Both the position numbers and the translations under genes were made by a program. A model generated the notes under the pieces. The model made no database searches and was not told where the DNA came from. It was given only the letters and a program-made list of their open reading frames with translations. Positions 47,646 to 51,867 of a stretch of DNA of 51,867 nucleotides are shown here, one piece after another. Source of the stretch: Ginglymostoma cirratum (lineage: Eukaryota); NCBI GenBank assembly GCA_024137785.1, contig JAHRHZ010000027.1, forward strand, positions 226,368 through 278,234. Direction: 5' to 3'. Position 1 is the first letter of the stretch. Every line of letters begins with the position of its first letter.

Positions 47646-49881
47646 ATAGAACATAGAACATAGAACAATACAGTGCAGAACAGGCCCTTCGGCCCTCGAT
47701 GTTGCGCCCACCTGTGAACTAATCTAAGCCCACCTCCTACACTATCCCACCATCATCCATTTGCTTATCCAAGGACTGTTTAAATGCCCCTAATGTGGCT
47801 GAGTTAACTACATTGGCAGGCAGGGCATTCCACGCCCTTTCCACTCTCTGAGTAAAGAACCTGCCTCTGACATCTGTCTTAAATCTATCACCCCTCAATT
47901 TGCAGCTATGCCCCCTCGTACTAGCCGACATCATCATCCTAGGAAAAAGACTCTCACTGTCCACCCAATCTAATCCTCTGATCATTTTGTGCGTCTCTAT
48001 TAAATCCCCTCTTAACCTTCTCCTCTCCAATGAGAACAGACCAAAGTCCCTCAGCCTTTCTTCATAAGACCTTCGCTCCAGACCAGGCAACATCCTGGTA
48101 AATCTCCTCTACACCTTTTCCAATGCTTCCACATCCTTCCTGTAATGGTGTGACCAGGACTGTACGCAATATTCCAAGTGAGGCCGCACTAGCGTGTTGT
48201 ACAGTTGCAGCATGACATCACAGCTCCGGAACTCAATCCCTCTACCAATGAAACCTAACACACCGTATGCCTTCTTAACAGCACTATCAACCTGGGTGGC
48301 AACTTTCAGGGATCTATGTACCTGGACACCAAGATCCCTCTGCACATCCACACTACCAAGAATCTTTCCATTGACCCAGTGTTCTGCCTTCCTATTATTC
48401 TTCCCAAAGTGCAACACCTCACATTTATCTGCATTGAACTCCATTTGCCACCTTTCAGCCCAATTCTGCAGTTTATCCAAGTCTCCCTGCAACCTGCAAC
48501 ATTCTTCCACACTGTCCACCACTCCACCGACTTTCGTGTCATCTGCAGACTTACTAACCCATCCACCTATGTCTGCGTCCAAGTCATTTATAAAAATGAC
48601 TAACAGCAGCGGTCCCAAAACAGATCCCTGTGGCACACCACTCGTAACCGGACTCCAGGCTGAATATTTTCCATCAACCACCACTCTTTGGCTTCTTTCA
48701 GAAAGCCAGTCTCTAATCCAAACTGCTAAATCTCCCTCAATCCCATGCCTCCGCATTTTCTCCAATAGCCTACCACGTGGAACCTTATCAAAGGCTTTAC
48801 TGAAGTCCAGGTACACCATGTCAACTGCCCTACCCTCATCCACATGCTTGGTCACCTTCTCAAAAAACTTAATGAGGCTTGTGAGACACGACCTGCCCTT
48901 GACAAATACATGTTGACTATCTCCAATCAAATTGTTGCATGCTAGATGATTACAAATCCTATCTCTTATAATCCTTTCCAAAACTTTTCCTACAACAGAT
49001 GTAAGGCTCACTGGTCTATAATTACCTGGGTCATCTCTACTGCCCTTCTTGAACAAGGGCACAACATTTGCAATCCTCCAGTCCTCTGGTACTAAACCTA
49101 TAGACAATGATGACTCAAAGATCAAGGCCAAAGGATCCGCCATCTCCTCCCTAGCTTCCTAGAGAATCCTCGCAAAAATCCCATCCGGCCCAGGGGATTT
49201 ATCTACCATCACACCTTCAAGGATTGATAACATCTCCTCCTGACTAACCTCAATACTTTCAAGTCTAATAGCCCGTATCTCAGTCTTCTCCTCTACAATA
49301 TTCTCCGTTTCCTGAGTGAAAACAGATGAGAAATATTTGTTTAGCACCTCTCCGATCTCCACAGGATCCACACACAACTTCCCACTTCTGTCTTTGACTG
49401 GCCCTATTCTTACCCCAGCCATCCTTTTATTCCCCACATACCTATAGAAAGCTTTAGGGTGCTCCTTAATTCTACCTGCTAATGACTGCTCATGTCCCCT
49501 CCTTGCTCTTCTTAACTCTCTCTTTAAATCCTTCCTCACTAATCTGTAACTCTCCATCGCCTCATCTGAACCATCTCATCTCAATGTCACATAAACCTCC
49601 CTCTTCCGCTTTATAAGAGATCCAATTTCTTTTGTAAACCACGGTTCCCTTACCTTATCACTTCCTCCCTGCCTGACAGGGGCATACCTATCAAGGAGAC
49701 GCAATATCTGTTCCTTAAACCAGCTCCACATTTCGATTGTCCCCATCCCCTGCAGTTTGCAACCCCATTCTATCCCTCCTAAGTCTTGCCTAATCGCATT
49801 ATAATTGCCCTTCCCCCATCTATAACCCTTGCCCAGCGGCATGTTTCTATCCCTTTCCATCGCTAAACTAAACGTAACCGA
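47646..49881 (-). mobile_element. Young 5'-truncated CR1-type LINE specific to copy B intron 1
   Basis: 344-aa RT ORF 48109-49143 plus adjacent ORFs; (ATAGAAC)n tail; empty site GGACATG-ATAG-CTCAGC at 13144-13160. Confidence 0.95.
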
Positions 49882-51098
49882 ATAGCTCAGCTTTCTGAAG
49901 TGAACTGGAATATAAGGTTAGCAAATAGATCAGTAATGAAGCTGTGACAGACACTGTCAATAATATTTCACAATACTGAGAATAAGGAGATGAGCACAAA
50001 AAATTCCAAATGGAGGACTTACCTTACCATGGTTAACTAAAGAAGTTGAGGAATGCATCCAACTACAGGAAAAAGAATATCAATGCACTAAGATGAATGG
50101 CACATCAGATGACCTGAAACAATAGTGAGAATGGCAGAAAATGACAAAAAGTTTAAACAGGACAAATCAATAAAAACATAAAAACAAGCAAGTCAAAAAC
50201 TCTACAAATGGATAGCAAGAGTTTGAACATCTATCTGGAAAGGAAAAGAATAAGTAAAGTGAGTGTTGGTGTCAAGAGATTGAGAATGCAGAGTTAATAG
50301 TAGATTGATGCTCTGAGCTCACCTTATGCAACGATGAGAAAAGTCAAATCCCAGACTGAAATCTGATTCGGTAGATTTTCTTAACTTTTGGCTAATGCAG
50401 TGTTTAATCACTCAAGCATAATCAGAGAAGATTACTGAACTTTTAAAAGAATAGAACAAAAGTTTATGACAAAGAAAATGAAATTGAAAATGAAGGCAAT
50501 CTATCCGGATATACAGTTTCAAACAATCCTAAGACACACTGCAAAACAAAGTTTTCAACTGTTTTCCAACATTGTCAACTTACAGTGACTCAAGTCCAGA
50601 GAAATCTGCCATCCTGCTGAGGTAAAGTAGCAGGCTAATACAATGCCATCCTGGACTGAATATAAAAGTGAGATCATTGTGCTTCAATGATGCAGCACAT
50701 TGTCCCTGAGGGGTCACCATTTTAAAATTAGGGATCACCCTTTTTTAATACAGAGGTGGAGGAATTTTTTCTCCAGAGAACTGGCTACCATAGAAGGAGA
50801 TTGAGGTGGATAGATATTTGTGAGACAAGAATCAAAGGTTATCGGGATAAATGGGAATGTGGGATTGGAACACAAATATAACGGCTGTAATCTTCTGGGT
50901 GGCTGAGCGGGTTTCAAGAACTGAATGCTCTGCTTCTGCTTTGTATTTCTAGACTATATCCTCAATTTATATGGTCATATGTTTGTTACAGATATAGTGC
51001 AGCGTTTCCTGTGGGTGGAGGGGTAAAAGTTATTAAGATGTATTTATTTGTATTAAGAGCTAAGTTCTTTCTCAATTTCTGAAAAGTTGTCTCCCCAG

Positions 51099-51419
51099 CA
51101 TCATCACATGTGTGGACAAAGGAGAAAGTAACAGGAATTGTGGGAAGATCAATCACCATACCTTGTGAATATGACACATCGTTCAAGGACAATATGAAAT
51201 ACTGGTGTCATGGTTGGAGTACCTACTGCTCATATTTGGTGAGAACGACTGATCCAGATGGACAGCGAGAGAGAATGTCAATCCAAGATAACAAGACACA
51301 AGGAGTATTTGTTGTTACCATGGAGGGTCTTCGCACGGAAGATGCCGGATGGTACAGCTGTGGTATTGATCGAGCAGGTAGAGATGAATTATCTGCTGTG
51401 GATCTCAAAGTATCACACG
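51099..51419 (+). CDS. Copy B exon 2: intact V-set Ig domain 1 (CD300/pIgR-like); gene continues beyond window
   Basis: Open 321-nt phase 1-1 exon, ASSHVWTKEK...KYWCHGWSTYC...EDAGWYSCGI; 5 nt differences from copy A. Confidence 0.93.
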
Positions 51420-51867
51420 GTACATTTTACATTTTTTTAATTAATATCAACTGAACTATCTGTTCAATGTTTTATCTGGGACGAACCATAAAACCTTTAA
51501 TACCCCAATGTGCTGCAGCAGAGCTGATACTCGTTGATAGGAAGATGTGTACATTGGAGGCCATTCAGAATATTGAGCCTGTCCCACTAATTAATGCAAT
51601 TATGGCTGATTGAACACGTCAGTGCCAGTAAGACACACTATGCTCTTAACTCTTCATACAAATAATAATAAAAAAATTATCGAGTCCTACTTTAAATATA
51701 CACCATAAAACCTGTTGAACCGATGATGCACTCCTTCCAAGGCAATAATATCTTTCCTGAAGTAAGCTGATCGAAACTGCACAAAATACTTCAGGTTTGG
51801 TTTAACCAAGATCCTAAACAATAACTGAAGCATGAATTCTCAATACTCAAATCCTCATGTAATAAAG

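Larger units (their letters stand above)
44150..51867 (+). repeat. Segmental duplication copy B (matches 9648-15137; continues beyond window)
   Basis: Colinear near-identity apart from the 2236-bp LINE insertion. Confidence 0.97.

Noticed and set aside
48194-48916. 240-aa + strand ORF
   Set aside because: Antisense shadow of the CR1 RT frame.
48109-49143. 344-aa ORF as a host gene or domesticated reverse transcriptase
   Set aside because: Part of a 5'-truncated CR1 with stops in adjacent frames, a FADD->SADD change, and absent from the paralogous site.
1-51867. Prokaryotic systems (CRISPR arrays, operons, retrons)
   Set aside because: Spliceosomal gene structure and vertebrate retroelements throughout; no repeat-spacer array seen.

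Overview
Eukaryotic, repeat-rich vertebrate DNA. The CR1, Penelope and V-SINE families point to a cartilaginous fish, probably a shark (inference). The main content is a tandemly duplicated immunoglobulin-superfamily receptor locus on the + strand. Copy A (11426-30441) can be reconstructed as 8 phase-compatible exons: leader, V, C2, V, C2, Ser/Thr stalk, transmembrane and short tail, 512 codons in total. It joins CD300/pIgR-type V domains to FCRL-type C2 domains and has a transmembrane NxxR arginine typical of FcR-gamma-coupled activating receptors. Copy A carries a TGG->TGA stop at codon 18 and an in-frame 4-codon deletion in V2. Copy B starts about 34.5 kb downstream. Its leader (45927-45963) and V1 exon (51099-51419) are open, it has a copy-specific 2.2-kb CR1 insertion, and it runs off the window. 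Upstream are two oppositely oriented relics of the gene's intron-1 sequence that form a ~1.35-kb-arm inverted repeat. The rest is mostly CR1 LINEs, SINEs, a Gypsy fragment and two Penelope-like families whose termini carry minimal hammerhead-ribozyme cores. Exon models and alignments were made by eye; repeat boundaries are approximate.
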